DNA of 64,000 nt from Octopus vulgaris (lineage: Eukaryota), in assembly GCA_951406725.2 (NCBI GenBank), contig OX597814.1, forward strand, positions 220,658,001 to 220,722,000, written 5' to 3'. Below, piece by piece: positions 27,835 to 41,254 of this stretch (position 1 is its first letter; each line of letters opens with the position of its first letter). The notes under the pieces are model-generated. The model was not told the DNA's origin. It saw only the letters and a list, made by a program, of their open reading frames with translations, and ran no database searches. The translations under genes were made by a program, and so were the position numbers.

Positions 27835-28235
27835 GAAGTGGCCGTGTGGTAAGTAGCTTGCTTACGAACCACATGGTTCCGGGTTCAGTCCCACTGTGTG
27901 GCACCTTGGGCAAGTGTCTTCTACTATAGCCTCGGGCCAACCAAAGCCTTGTGAGTGGATTTGGTAGACGGAAACTGAAAGAAGCCCGTCGTATATATAC
28001 ATATATATATGTGCGTGTGTGTTTGTGTATCTGTGTTTGTCCCCCTAGCATTGCTTGACAACCGATGCTGCTGTGTTTATGTCCCCGTCACTTAGCGGTT
28101 CGGCAAAAAGAGACCGATAGAATAAGTACTGGGCTTACAAAAAGAATAAGTCCCGGGGTCGAGTTGCTCGACTAAAGGCAGTGCTCCAGCATGGCCGCAG
28201 TCAAATGACTGAAACAAGTAAAAGAGTAAAAGAGT
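27835..28235 (+). mobile_element. SINE family A with 26-bp TSD
   Basis: attaatgaaaaaaaaaatcattagta at 27809-27834 and 28236-28261. Confidence 0.92.
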
Positions 28236-29670
28236 ATTAATGAAAAAAAAAATCATTAGTACAAATAATAATAATTATTAAAAGTAGGGGAAGCAACTCT
28301 AAAATTCTGACTGATTGAACATTGAATGGTGGGTAATAACCTGGAGTGGGTTGTGCTAAGCTAAGCTAAATTACACTGGATACACAAAAAGAAGACTTCA
28401 TAAAGTCTTAAGTGATTTTCCTGCAGTTCAATGGTTTACGAGTCACAACACCACCACAACCATGACAGTTTGTGGTGGATGGCTTTAAGAAATATGTTGA
28501 ACAAGTATGTTGTGGCTTGATATTATCACATGTAATGTGTTGAGGCTATTGTTGAAGTAGTTTGGAATCAGATAAAGTCTATCTAAATGAGTTTGAATTA
28601 TTAGAGGAAATAAACAAAAGATACGAGCAAGATGAGAGAAGGTCTTCTGTAACTATGAAATACATGTCATAATATATAAATGGACATTAGATTATAGCAG
28701 GCAATAAAGATAACGATTTAGCTCCGAAGGCTTCTCACTTGAAATTAGAATGTTATTCATTAAACATTTCTCTCTCTTTAACACCTCCTTAAATTCAAGT
28801 TTCTAAGACACAAGAAATGAGATACATCATTATTGTAGTACCTTTGTTTTTATGTCCATTTTTCCATGCCAGCATGGGTTAGACAAAGACATATTGTTGA
28901 AGCATTATGTTACAGCTGGATAGCCTTCCTGTTGCTAACCATTATCTACTTTCCAAGCAAGCATGGGAGGTTTTCATTTTGCGCATTTTCTGAAATGCAG
29001 AGCTACAAGACTATTTGTTGACTGGGAAATTACAATGGAAAACTCTGACCTTAGCTCAGTCTCAGACATATACAATTGTGTTGCATATGCAGACGCACAC
29101 ATACACATGATGAGTTTTGAACAGTTTTCCTCAACCAAATTCTCTCAAAAGGTACAGGTCAGTCAAGGGCCTGAACCCAGAGCCTTATGGTTGGGAACTG
29201 ACCTTCTTGACCACATAGCCAGGTATGTAGTTAACAATGGTTCCTTGTCTGCCTTTCTTCAAAATGAATAAGTGAAACTAAAATATCTTGATCAAAAATA
29301 GATTCATAATGCATAAATACATTAAAAGAATCATCTTGTACATCCATTCTTCCATGCTCACATAAGCTGGATGAGTTTCTACTGCACAGCATCTTGCCAC
29401 TTGTTCCAGTCAATTGTCAATCTTTACAAGTCCATTCCTCTTAAAATTATCCCTCACCAATTCTTCCAACATCTTTCTCAGTATTTTTCATCTGAGGATT
29501 TTTTTTTCTTTTTACACCTAAATTACTTGGTACTGTCAACCATACATATCATGTGCTTCTACCAGTGCAGTTTTCTCTCTAGAACACTACATTCGATTCC
29601 ATTTATACCTACATTTTTGTCTCAGCTCATTTGTTTTCAACTATTCATGTGTGTTTTCCATTATCCAGCA

Positions 29671-29885
29671 AGGCAGAGAGCTGGTAGAAATGTTAGCATA
29701 CCAGGAAAAATGCTTAGCAGTATTTCATCTTTCTTTACGTTCTGAGTTCAAATTCTGCCGAGGTCGACTTTGCCTACCATCCTTTCGAGGTTGATAAATT
29801 AAGTACCAGTTGCATACTGGGGTTGATCCAATTGACTGCCCCCTTCCCAAAAATTTCGGGCCTTGTGCCTAGAGTAGAAAAGAAC
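29671..29885 (+). mobile_element. SINE family E (tail type 2) inserted in the RTE fragment
   Basis: Full family E sequence; TSD tatccagca at 29662-29670 and 29892-29900. Confidence 0.85.
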
Positions 29886-30204
29886 ATTACATATCCAGCA
29901 GAGCAGGCTTGCTACATTTTTTACCCCCAGTCATTGCCCAGCCGCTGCCTTCAATACCTACGTTTCTTTTCCAAGCAACAGCACACCTTGTACATGCATC
30001 ACACAACCTGCTTGCCACTCAAATAGATATTCTTTTGTCAGTAGCAATACTTGAAATTCCTGTTTCCCTTTCTTGACCAGTCTACTATGCTGCATGAACA
30101 CCAATCTCCACTTCTAATTAGGTCAGCTAGGTCACAGAAGCTATCAATTACTTCTAAGGAACCTTCAGAACATTTGAAACAATTAATTTCAAATGGTATC
30201 TTGG

Positions 30205-30534
30205 TTAAGTGCCATCTACTCAAAACTTTGAGAGTGGATTTGGTAGATGGAAACTGAAAGAAGCCTTGTGTGAGTATGTATGTGTGTGTTTGTTTTACAA
30301 GCACCTTGTCTTGCCATTGAATGATTGTTGTAAATAAGTATCACTATCATACAAATAGAGTCCTTTGTTACCAATCTTCCATGAAAACAAGTCCAGTCAT
30401 GTAGATGTATTACCTTGTTTGGAAACAAGTGAGGGCTGATAAAAGAAAGGGCATCTGGCTATAGAAAATCTCCCTTAATGAATTCCATCTAACCCACACA
30501 AGTTGGAAAAGTGGATGTTGAAACAATAATGATG
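30205..30534 (+). mobile_element. Composite SINE: family A body plus family B (RTE) tail
   Basis: gagtggatttggtagatggaaactgaaagaagcc (family A) followed by aagggcatctggctatagaaa...gtggatgttgaaacaataatgatg (family B). Confidence 0.6.
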
Positions 30535-31247
30535 TACTCTTACACTCCTAACTACTCCTGTGCAACTGCCACAGACAAAAGCTTCCTTCTTTGTTAGCAT
30601 GTCTGTGACTCCATTAAACATCTTATGCATCCCTAATTTTGATTGGCTACACCATACGAAATTCTTGCATCCAGTATAGCTACTCTCCAGCAGAATCTTC
30701 TCTTCTTTCCAGCAAACTAAAACTTTTGCCTCTGCCAGATTTACTTGGAAGCTTCCTAGTTCCAGGTTTTTGAAATTTCTCTTCTGTGACAGATTCAGCT
30801 TTGAGAACTAGGTTATTGGCACAGAGTTTGCATCGACAGCTGGCCTTAAATGTTTCTGTTATTGCCCAGAGAACCAAAATAATCAAAAGGTGGCTGAGAA
30901 TCTAGTCCTGATGGGCACCTACCAGCAAACAAAATCCTTTATTGAATTCATTGCTAAACTTTCATCTACCTGACAGCCTCTCTATACATAACTTGCGCAG
31001 CTTTCACAACTGTCGATATCCTCCTAGTTTTTTTTTTAATGAGTATCAAACTACTGAGCATGGTACCCCACTAAGAATCTTCTCAGGGTCAATGGATGCT
31101 GAGTATAATGCCTTAATTTTAGTGGAAAACTTCTGCGGTTGTCTTACTAAGAAGAAAGCATTGGTAGTCTCCAGTACCGGTAAAAACCTCAACTTAATCA
31201 CTTTTAAGCTAAATCTCTTCCTAATCATTTGAACTATAATTCTTTGT

Positions 31248-32050
31248 CCATTCATCCCTCTTCTCTGCCCACTATTCCTTGGAAGGTGGTGGGGGAGGGA
31301 GGGTAAAATCCTCAGGTATATCCTCTATAGTGTCCTATCAGATCTAATAGTGTCCTATTAGATTTCCCAGCTGTCACCAATTGAGACTATGGATATTATC
31401 CAACCACGTCATTCGCAGTCTACTGCTAAGTCCCCTGCTAGTTGTCTTGGCTTGATGAATCTGTGTTGAAATTCTTTTCTGTGACATTCTAATCATATGG
31501 CTATAGTAACAGAGCTGGGACATCTCAATGTAGTCTGGAGAGAATCCCAGGTCTCAGAGCTATGCACCCTCATGAATAACATTACTCCAGAGACCCTTTG
31601 GAGAAACCCCATTTCAGCTGCTTATAGTTGTGATTGTACTCTTTCAGTCATTGCCAACATTTATGACCATAGCTGAGGATAAGCACATCAACTGAATTTG
31701 GAGATGATATGGTCTACTTGACTCATCAGAAGGTGATCTCCAGTATGCACTGAATGAGTTTGCTGCCAAGTGCCATGACTGAGACTTTGGTCTTCTCAAG
31801 AAACTTATCCCAGTGCACTCTACATGTCAGTTGTACATCATTGAGTAAAATGGAGAAGTTTAAGTACCCCGAGGACATATCCACAAGTGACAGAAGGCAG
31901 GAGGCTGAATTAAATACAAGAATTGCAGATGCTGGTACAGTATTGAGCCATCTTCAGCATTTAATTCAAAGAAGACATGAGGTTGGTAAAAAAGCCAAAC
32001 TTGCTATCTTCAATGCAGTTTCCTTGCTTATCCTTACTTATGGTCATAAT
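31248..32050 (-). mobile_element. 5'-truncated RTE-clade LINE with inverted 5' segment
   Basis: 31698-32050 (+): GDDMV..SSEGDLQYALNEFAAKC..MEKFKY..ELNTRIADAGTVL..KAKLAIFNAVSLLILTYGH. 31695->31248 (-): LILSYGHKCW..MTERVQSQL*AAEMGFLQRVSGV..HIEMSQL..HMIRM..TWLDNI, then an RTE-like 3' end gagaagagggatgaatgga. Confidence 0.8.
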
Positions 32051-32212
32051 TCTTTATTTTCAAAATTTGGTCCATCAATTATATGCAGCAGAAGTCACTT
32101 TTTTTTCTAAGGTTTTTCCTTAAATAAACATGCATACACACACACATGAGAACACACAGGTGCAAAACAAGATAGAAAAAAATTGTACTAAAATTGCAAA
32201 GGCAGAGTAAAA

Positions 32213-32350
32213 TGTAGTGTTTTATTGCAGCTGAAAAACTTTACAAACTGTCACTGACAGTTACGTAGATTCATAAAACCAATCACCAATTGCTTGTGTG
32301 AAACTCTGAGTAACAGCTTCTGAATTTTTCAGCTTCACTGAAACACCACA
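32213..32350. repeat. Imperfect inverted repeat of a Penelope-type terminal sequence
   Basis: tgtagtgttttattgcagctgaaaa ... ttttcagcttcactgaaacaccaca; contains gaaactctgagtaaca, shared with positions 16 and 40049 (one mismatch at 7191). Confidence 0.6.
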
Positions 32351-32740
32351 TGCACATACATGTGATGTTAACCGTTAGAATTTTGTAAACAATATCTTAG
32401 TCTAAATTATTTTCCCTCAAAGCAACTCATCCTTTTTCACTTATGTTTTCCTAAAAAGCAGATGTGCTTGGCATAAGAATAGTTTGGTTTAGTAGAGTAG
32501 CAGATATGAGTATTTCAGGTGACTAGGAACTTGAAAGGGTCAAGTTTGACAAGTCAAGGTAGAATGACTCATTCTACAAACAAAACATACACACAAATAT
32601 GTCAGACGCTTAAGAAATCTAAAATAGCAAGGTGATTGTGATTTAATCCAGTACCTGGAATAGGATTAAATACAGGTAAAGGCTACTTACACTGATTATT
32701 ATAATCTATGCCAGCAAATGTGTGTGCATGTGCAAGAGAG

Positions 32741-32783
<43 letters not shown>

Positions 32784-33481
32784 TACTATTCAAATGTTAA
32801 TGAAATATAAAACAAATTCTATTGAATGCAAAAAAAAAAAAAAAGCATAACTGGGTTTCTTTTTATAGAGGGATTATTACTTATTGGAGATACTGTGATA
32901 GAAAAAGAAAATAGTATCCAATTTCTATTTGAAATTAAAGGGTAAAAGAGAAAAAAAATAAATAAATATAAAACCAAACAAGAATTAAATAAATCAATCA
33001 GAGGGAATTCAATAATCAGTTTTAATGGGAATAACTCAAAAGGAATATTAGAAGATGCCAAATGAAATTAAAGGCTGGAGTCGTTTGAAAGAGAAAACAG
33101 AAATAATACGAGCATGCAAGGCGGAAAACATGATGAGAATTTGCTGGGGAAAAATATGGATGGCTCCAATGATAACTGGAGCAGTAGCATGCATTGGTAA
33201 AACTGAACCAAGATAGAGCTGAATAATTAATCTTGGTGATTTATGTTTTTAAAATAGCGCTGACTTTAATGAGTCCAGACTGACAGAGATAGTTTAGTTA
33301 AGTCAAAGAATGAAATAGCTTGGTGGTGGTGGTGGTATTTATTGTACACGATGCTAAAAAAGAAAATCAAACAGTTATGCAATCCAGACTCAGATACACT
33401 TGTTTCGAAAATAGCATAGCACAGTGAAGTTAGTGATTATCAAGCCGAGGCAGAATGACTCATTCTATAAACAAAACATAC

Positions 33482-33645
33482 GCGCAGGAGTGGCTGTGTG
33501 GTAAGTAGCTTGCTGACCAACCACATGGTTCCGGGTTCAGTCCCACTGCTTGGCATCTTAGGCAAGTGTCTTCTGCTAAAGCCCTGGGCCGACCAATGCC
33601 TTGTGAGTGGATTTGGTAGACGGAAACTGAAAGAAGCCTGTCGTA

Positions 33646-33684
<39 letters not shown>

Positions 33685-33900
33685 TTGTGTGTCTGTGTTT
33701 GTCCCCCTAGCATTGCTTGACAACCGATGCTGGTGTGTTTACGTCCCCGTTACTTAGCGGTTCGGCAAAAAGAGACCGATAGAATAAGTACTGGGCTTAC
33801 AAAGAATAAGTCCCGGGGGTCGATTTGCTCGACTAAAGGCGGTGCTCCAGCATGGCTGCAGTCAAATGACTGAAACAAGTAAAAGAGTAAAAGAGAGTAA
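33482..33900 (+). mobile_element. SINE family A with 18-bp TSD and 41-bp extra 5' segment
   Basis: TSD agtgaagttagtgattat at 33423-33440 and 33904-33921. Confidence 0.92.
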
Positions 33901-34965
33901 CAGAGTGAAGTTAGTGATTATTAAAATGGCGAAAGTGATGTAAACTATAGTGGTGGTGGTGGTGGTGACAAGGTGATATTATGGTGATAATGATAGTGGC
34001 AGAATGGCTAAAAGAGTATATTCATACATATTTGTCGGAGCAGCTAAAGTGGCAAGCAAAAATCACTCAAGAAATACCTGCCATCTTTAAAAATAATAAG
34101 ACAATTTTATGTTCTTAGGCAGGATGCCCAATATAATGATGAAATGACCAAAGATATAAAGCCTTTGAAACAATAAAGTTTGACCCCTTTGCTATTTATT
34201 AAGATGTTAGCTGGTCAGTAATTGAAAACTACACAATGATGACAATTATTGATGAAAACTGATAAATGGTGGTGTTGAAGATAATGATAGTACAGGGTGA
34301 ATATGGTAAGGTTCTTCACGGCTATAATGAATAATGACAATGCTGGCAATATAGGTGATATCTATAATGTTGGCTTTGATAATGTTAACCACTGATCATT
34401 CTTAAAGATGCTAACATAATGACTGGCAGCAATTCTAAGCAGCAGCCATCAACTCTGCCCTGCCACAGTGTATTTACAGTCTGAGAGACTTCATTGGCTA
34501 AAAGTTATTTCTTCATCGTCGGGTTAGAACTAAAATTTGAGGAAGATATTCTTCTCTATATACATCTCTCTTTAGGTAACACATCAATCTATTTCTTTTT
34601 GTATCATTCACCCCCATCTCTCCCTCTCTCTGTCTTGCTGCCTATTTCATATTCTAATTTAACATATTTCTCTCAATTTTCTTGCCATTCTACATCAATA
34701 TATCATTTCTCCCTCTATTCCTTTATCGTTTTTCTCTCATTATCTCTCATTAATTATTTCCTTTATATTCTATATCAATATTCCACACTCTCTGTCCCTT
34801 TCTTTCCCCACTCAATCTCGCCCCTGCTAGTTTTCTTTTTTAATTAAATATTGAAATTAGCTCCATTGTTTTTAACCGAGCTACTAACATTTTGTATGTG
34901 TGCACACACATACATGTATGCGTGAGACCAAATGTTCTCATATGCTTTTGTTTTATTTTTCAAAT

Positions 34966-34996
<31 letters not shown>

Positions 34997-35817
34997 GCAT
35001 GTTCATAATATCAACGCAACTCAACATGTGCATTTGCATGCACAAATACACACATTCATGTGTTGCAAAACTCAGACTTTAATTACAAAATATTTTGAAG
35101 TAAGCCATGCTATAAGGTAAAAATTGAACACAGTAGAAATTAAGCTTGTTTATAGTTGAATCAAGCAACCGATTAATAAGCTAATGACATAAATTAATTA
35201 TGTTGCCAATTTACTTAGTTATCTTCCCACTGGAAACCCAGCAGAGCATATGAACAACAGTTTACAACGCAACACTACAAACAAATAAAGATAGCAAAAG
35301 AAAGAAAATTTCTGAAAGTGTATATATGATTAGAGGGTAATCTTGATACTGGTAGGGGTTGTTTTGTTGTTATAGCCCCAAACAAAGCTATATTGTATTC
35401 AGTATTATATTTCTTTAGATACACAGCTCTCAGTTCTTTAAAGAGGCAGGATTTGATCTGAAGGTGGTTTAACTGCAACACAATTTGATACTGCAGTTGG
35501 CAGTGGTGGTTCTAGCGGATTGTGTCTAAATCAGCTCTGATAAAGCAGGCTTATTTGTGACCACCCCATGGTTTGATTTTCACCACAGGCTAGTTAAAGA
35601 TACATTGTCTAGTGAAGTCTTTAAGACGACAAGGTACGATTTGAGAAAGATTCGGTTGTTATTTTAATGCAGAGTGATCGATCACACTGAGCTTCCCTCA
35701 TTGTCAGTCTTGGTAAGGAACAGAAAGGTGGCTAGAAATGGAATGATGAGTGGCGTGGCAAAAGCAGTAGACAAACAGTGACAGGGATAGAGAAGATATG
35801 TATATATATATATATTT

Positions 35818-35960
35818 AAGTAGGTGAATGAATTATCCTATGTTTATCGTCAGCATGGAAAATTCGTTTAACCAAAACCTGGGTAGCAAATTCACGTCAG
35901 AAAGACGGTTGAAGCGACCTGTCAAGAGTAGAAACTCCGGGTTCATGTGCAGAAATTTGT
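35818..35960 (+). repeat. Unclassified dispersed repeat (second copy at 56441-56570)
   Basis: aagtag.tgaatgaattatc..aattcg.ttaacc.a.acctgggtagcaaattcacgtcagaa..acggttgaagc; both copies follow (TA)n. Confidence 0.75.
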
Positions 35961-36035
35961 GTGTTGTATATGAATAAATGAAAGAATGGAGTCGAGAGTA
36001 AAGAAATTTTGTTAACATCTTCATTCTTTCATATA

Positions 36036-36081
<46 letters not shown>

Positions 36082-37296
36082 TAAACAGATGAGAACTGTA
36101 GGATAGATGTACATACAAGTGTAGAACAGCTATGAAAATATACAACTTTCTTAACCAAGATATGTTTACACAGTTAATAGTTGTTCTTTCTTCATCCTTT
36201 CCACCACATTTTTTTTTACTTGAGTTTGATTTGTTTATGAACAGATGTATCTTCAATATTTTACCTTTAAAGTCAGCATCACATTAATGTAAATGATCAC
36301 ACACTCTCTCTCTCTCTCTCTCTTCCATTTATAATAGTTGTTTTTAGAAAGGGCATCCAGCTATGAAGCCAAACAAAAGCATTCTCCCCAATTACACATT
36401 TTTCATCACACAAGTTGACAGCTTTTTATTGTTACCATGGAAATAGATATGTGATGGTGGAGACCTTTTTAAATATGAAAGGAAAAAAAAAAACTATGAA
36501 TAAATAAAATAAACTAAAGGGTTGTTAATAATGCCTTCCAACACAGGCACTAGACCCTTCCATTTTGGGGACAGAAGCAAGTAATCAGTGACCCCAGTAC
36601 TTGACCCTTAAAGAGAAAAGGGCAAAGTTAATGTTAGATAGTTGAACTCAGGACATAAAGGGATGTAACTATATACAGCAGGCAATTTATGTGACAACCA
36701 TTTTGACATCCTTTGCCTTTTCAAATGATATTAATAAACAATTTTAACATAGGTATAAAGACCACATATTTGGGGGGGGGGGTTACAGTAAATCATATCA
36801 ATGCAAGCACTAAACTGGTATTTAATTTATCAACTCTGACCAAGAAGAGTGAAAGGCAAAGTCAACATAGGGGAGTTTAACCTCAGAAAATAAAGAGATA
36901 ACTAACTACCACAAGGTACTTTGTCTAACACACTAGTAACTCTACAATCCACTGCCCTTTGAAATGATATTAATGAGGGTGTTGTGATGATTAAGACATC
37001 AAAACATCCAGACTTTATTATCAGCATTTGCTGGACTAACCTTATTACAGCCATCATTATAATCATTGGCTGGAATTAACCTTATTACAGCCACTGTTGT
37101 TAATATGATGCATGATTCAATTTGAATGACTCACAACAAGTTGCACTGCTACTGCAGACGGTGAAAGACAAGCAAATAGGGTAAAACAGTAAGTTGTAAC
37201 AAAAGCAGGTGCTCAAAGACTGGCCAAGACATGTAAAATATAGACGTAAACCAGCAACTGTTGATAGTAATCAGGGCAATGACAATGATGACTATT

Positions 37297-37475
37297 ATTC
37301 TTTTACTTGTTTCAGGCATTTGACCGCGGCCATGCTGGAACACTACTTTAAAGGGGGTTAGTTGAAGAAATCAACCCCAGGACTTATTCTTTGTAAGTCT
37401 TGTACTTATTCTATCGGTCTCTTTTGTGGAACTGTTAAGTTAGGGGCATATAAACACAACAGCATCGGTTGTCAA
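37297..37475 (-). mobile_element. SINE family A, 3' half
   Basis: cttttacttgtttcaggcatttgaccgcggccatgctgg...agcatcggttgtcaa. Confidence 0.8.
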
Positions 37476-39200
37476 TTTAGAAATTTATAAAGTAAGAAGT
37501 TTGTACCATATAGCCAAAGCAGTATCGGGTGGGTTGGTTTCAAAATGTTTAATAATAATAATCACAAGCTAAATTAATTAAGTGATCAGCAATTAACAAT
37601 GTACATATTAATTGATTAATAGAGAAACAAACATGACAATATCTTTCTCAAATGGCAAACTAAATCAAGGCCAGAGACTCAGTTTGTGATAGAAATTACT
37701 TCTATCTTTATATAATACTTGGGATCAGAATATTTTTCATGAGAGTAAATCCAGAACTTAGTAGAATTAGTCCAGCATTTTAAAATCCAAAGCTGTATTA
37801 CTGTTTTCCATTAGACGACAGAGGAAAAGTTAATGATAATGGCTAGTGACATAACATGCCTGCCTTGTCACTTTGCTAAGAGAGCTTTCATTTCATCAAA
37901 GTTTAGTCTATCTGCAAAACCATAATCTCTATAAGAATATGCTGAGGGTTATTTATACAGCAACAATATATATCAACATGAAACAAACCACTTTGAAAAT
38001 TAGTCACACACACACACACACTGATAAACGCTTTTATACAAGGATAAAAACAAAAAACAAGATTTGTTTTATTGTAGCCAAGGTCAGCTGCCCAGCAGAT
38101 GTGATTGTTTCATCTAAAGTGAAAGAGAAGTATGCATAGGACGAACCACTTGGAAAGCCACTAACTATTTTCTACTGTCAAGTAATTCTGGTTAATAGCC
38201 ATCATCATTTTGGGTACTTAGGCTACAGAAAAGTGGATTTAAACTGAAAAACCCAGGGTTCTCAAGAAAAGAGCATCTCACATTCTTCAGATTCAATTTG
38301 TGAATATCTATAAGACATAGAACAAACAAACAAACACACATTAATATTACTGTCTTATTACATTTACTTCACCATGCTAGCATAGGTTAGATGAGACATT
38401 TCGAGGCAGTTTTATTGGTGGATGTCCACCTGCATGCCAGTCTTTTTTGTCACCTGTTAAAACACTCAGGTAAGTGTATTTATTAAAAAAAAAACTAGGA
38501 TACTCACATGTGCATGCACACACACAAACATATATTGCGGTAATTGGAAGTGCTATGCCCCACAGAGTGGACCAGTGGATTCCTTCTAGGCTCAGGAATC
38601 TTTAGGGTGATACAGGGTGAAAAAGATAGTGATAGGGGTGTTTTAGAATAATGTGGGTAGGGATCACAGGGCATAGGTTAGTTTGCTACTATTTCTTTTG
38701 TTTGTAGAAAGCACCATTAAATTTCAATTTTTCCTCTTAGAGTAAAGAGTTGATGCCTGAAATTTGGACAACAGTATGTTAATGTATGAATGCATGTATT
38801 TGTCTGAATATGTAGCTGTGTGCTTGAAAGGGTTAGTGTAGAAAGATAATTGCCACATATGCTGTATACATGTGTATGTGTGTGTGTATAGAAGTGTCTA
38901 TAAGTTGATACAGTTGTGTAGAGAGTTCCTGTTGATCATACTACAGGAACACTCATTTATCAAAATCCATGAAAGAATCCATTAATATTATGCATTCATT
39001 TGTTCAATTAATGTCCAGTTATCTATGCAAGCAGGGGTTAGACAGATAGTTATCTGAAGCAGGATTTTCTGGCTGGATGCTCATCCTGTCACCAACCCAT
39101 ACCATTGTACATGTCAGACTCTGAATTTACAACTAAACACAAATATAGTGCACATAATGGACTTCTGCAGTTCCCATCAACCAACTTTCACTCACAAGAT

Positions 39201-39865
39201 TTAACTCTTTCGCTTTCAGATTTCTCTATCAAAAGTAATACTTATTTATTCACATTGTTTTGAATTAATCATGCATAACCTTGCTGTTCTGAGATTTTGA
39301 TGATGTGATTGCTTCGGGCGAAATTCTTAGCGGTATTTCGTCTGCCGTTACGTTCTGAGTTCAAATTCCGCTGAGGTCGACTTTGCCTTTCATCCTTTCG
39401 GGGTCTATAAATTAAGTACCAGTTACGCACTGGGGTCGATGTAATCGACTTAATACCTATGTCTGTCCTTGTTTGTCCCCTCTGTGTTTAGACCCTTGTG
39501 GTCAATAAAGAAATAAGAATCACAAGTGAAGTGGTCAACCTTAATAGAAATACCTGTAGTTTTATCTTATATCTTTCAAAATCTAATAAAAACATTAGTT
39601 AAACGTAATGTGTGCTTATGTCTTTGGCTTTTCTCTGTCAGTTTTCATCAGTGATCTGCACATACTGGGGTCAATGTAATCGACTTAATACCTATGTCTG
39701 TCCTTGTTTGTCCCTCTGTGTTTAGCCCCTTGTGGGCAATAAAGAAATATATTTTTAGAATAACATTGGTGAGTAGGTGTGAGAGGCCAGAATCTAGCTA
39801 ATTTGGACATAAAACAGGTAGAACATTTTGGCTGGATATGGCCTGTTTTAATACTAAAGAGTTCA
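39201..39865. mobile_element. piggyBac-like MITE split by family E SINE insertions (39311-39516, 39661-39750)
   Basis: Termini ttaactctttcgc ... actaaagagttca fit a decayed TTAA|CCCTTTAGC...GCTAAAGGG|TTAA pattern. Confidence 0.55.
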
Positions 39866-40026
39866 GTCTACTCAAAGTTATGTCTCACACTAACCATTGT
39901 CTGAATGGGTTGGTGCACACCAACCCATTCAGACTGGTTGCTGAATGAGTTGGTGAAGATTCACCCACCCATTCAGCAAATGGCAGAGAGTTTCATGTTC
40001 CTGTCCATCAAACAGTCTTCATCACA

Positions 40027-40066
40027 ACTGTCCAATGAACGGGAACGTGAAACTCTGAGTAACAGT
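40027..40066 (+). ncRNA. Type I hammerhead ribozyme-like motif, core decayed
   Basis: actgt|ccaatga|acg ggaa cgt|gaa|actc t gagt|a|acagt: stems I, II and III all pair; core CCAAUGA against canonical CUGAUGA. Confidence 0.65.
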
Positions 40067-40384
40067 CTTTGTGATAGTTTTGCAGCTTTATTAAAAGTGT
40101 GTGTGTGTTTGTGTGTGTGTGTATATGTAAACACATACATACATACATGTGCGAGTGTGCATGCACACACATGCAATGGCCTTCCAGTAGTTTTCATCTA
40201 CCGAATTAATTGACAAGATATTTGTTGGCCCAGGGATATTGTAGGCAAATTCCGAGTTGCTCCGCAGTGGATCGGAATCAAATCTGAGAATATGTGGTGA
40301 TGCAAAATGAACTTCTCAAGCACACCATGCCTGCACCTGTAATGCATGAACACCCAAACACCCACCCACCCACACCCACATATT

Positions 40385-40635
40385 CTAGGTCAAGGCTTAC
40401 TTTCAGTGCTACTCTGAGCATTAGCCAGTTTCCCAGTTACATTGGTAGATATATTCTTCCCTGGATGGGACGCTGGTCCATCGTTGGATTTCTCATTTTT
40501 TCCATCTGAGTGGACTGCAGCAACATGAAATGAAGCGCTTTGCCCAAGAACAAAATGCATTGCCTGGTCCAAGAATTGAAACTACAAACCTAAGATCATG
40601 AGTCCAATGCCCTAACCACTAAGCCATGCACCTTC
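40385..40635 (-). mobile_element. SINE family D
   Basis: Minus strand gaaggtgcatggcttagtggttagggc...ttcttgggcaaagcgcttc...gatggaccagcgtcccatccaggg (Meta/V-type central motif, from memory). Confidence 0.75.
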
Positions 40636-40769
40636 ACTTCTCTACTTCCAGTACAGATAAAATTCTACTATAGATGAATAGATCCAATCATCTCTATTGA
40701 ATATTTCCTACATATACCTGCCTGTAAATGGAAACATGTGTGTGTGTGTACATTTGTTAGCATATGTGT

Positions 40770-41035
<266 letters not shown>

Positions 41036-41223
41036 GTACACACACATATATATTTGTGTGTGTATGTGTGAAAGATAGTATTAATGAAGAATAAGAGGAG
41101 AGAATGGGGTGGGTGGGAGGGACAAATGAGAAGAGATAAAGATAATTTGTCTTAAACCTTGTTCTGCTCTAGATTAATTACTAGAAGGTTTAAGGATAAA
41201 TCATGGAATCTAATCTTCCTTCC

Positions 41224-41254
<31 letters not shown>

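Larger units (their letters stand above)
29560..30660 (-). mobile_element. Decayed RTE-clade reverse transcriptase fragment, interrupted by two SINEs
   Basis: Minus-strand peptides HKMFNGVTDMLTKKEAFVCGSCTG and FKCSEGSLEVIDSFCDLADLIRSGDWCSCSI resemble RTE RT (HKRCSG...F.C..C; LEVVDSFxYLGDxISSGGGC). Confidence 0.6.

Noticed and set aside
33055-33216. 53-codon plus-strand ORF MPNEIKGWSRLKEK...
   Set aside because: Length within chance expectation; no homology or splice signals recognised
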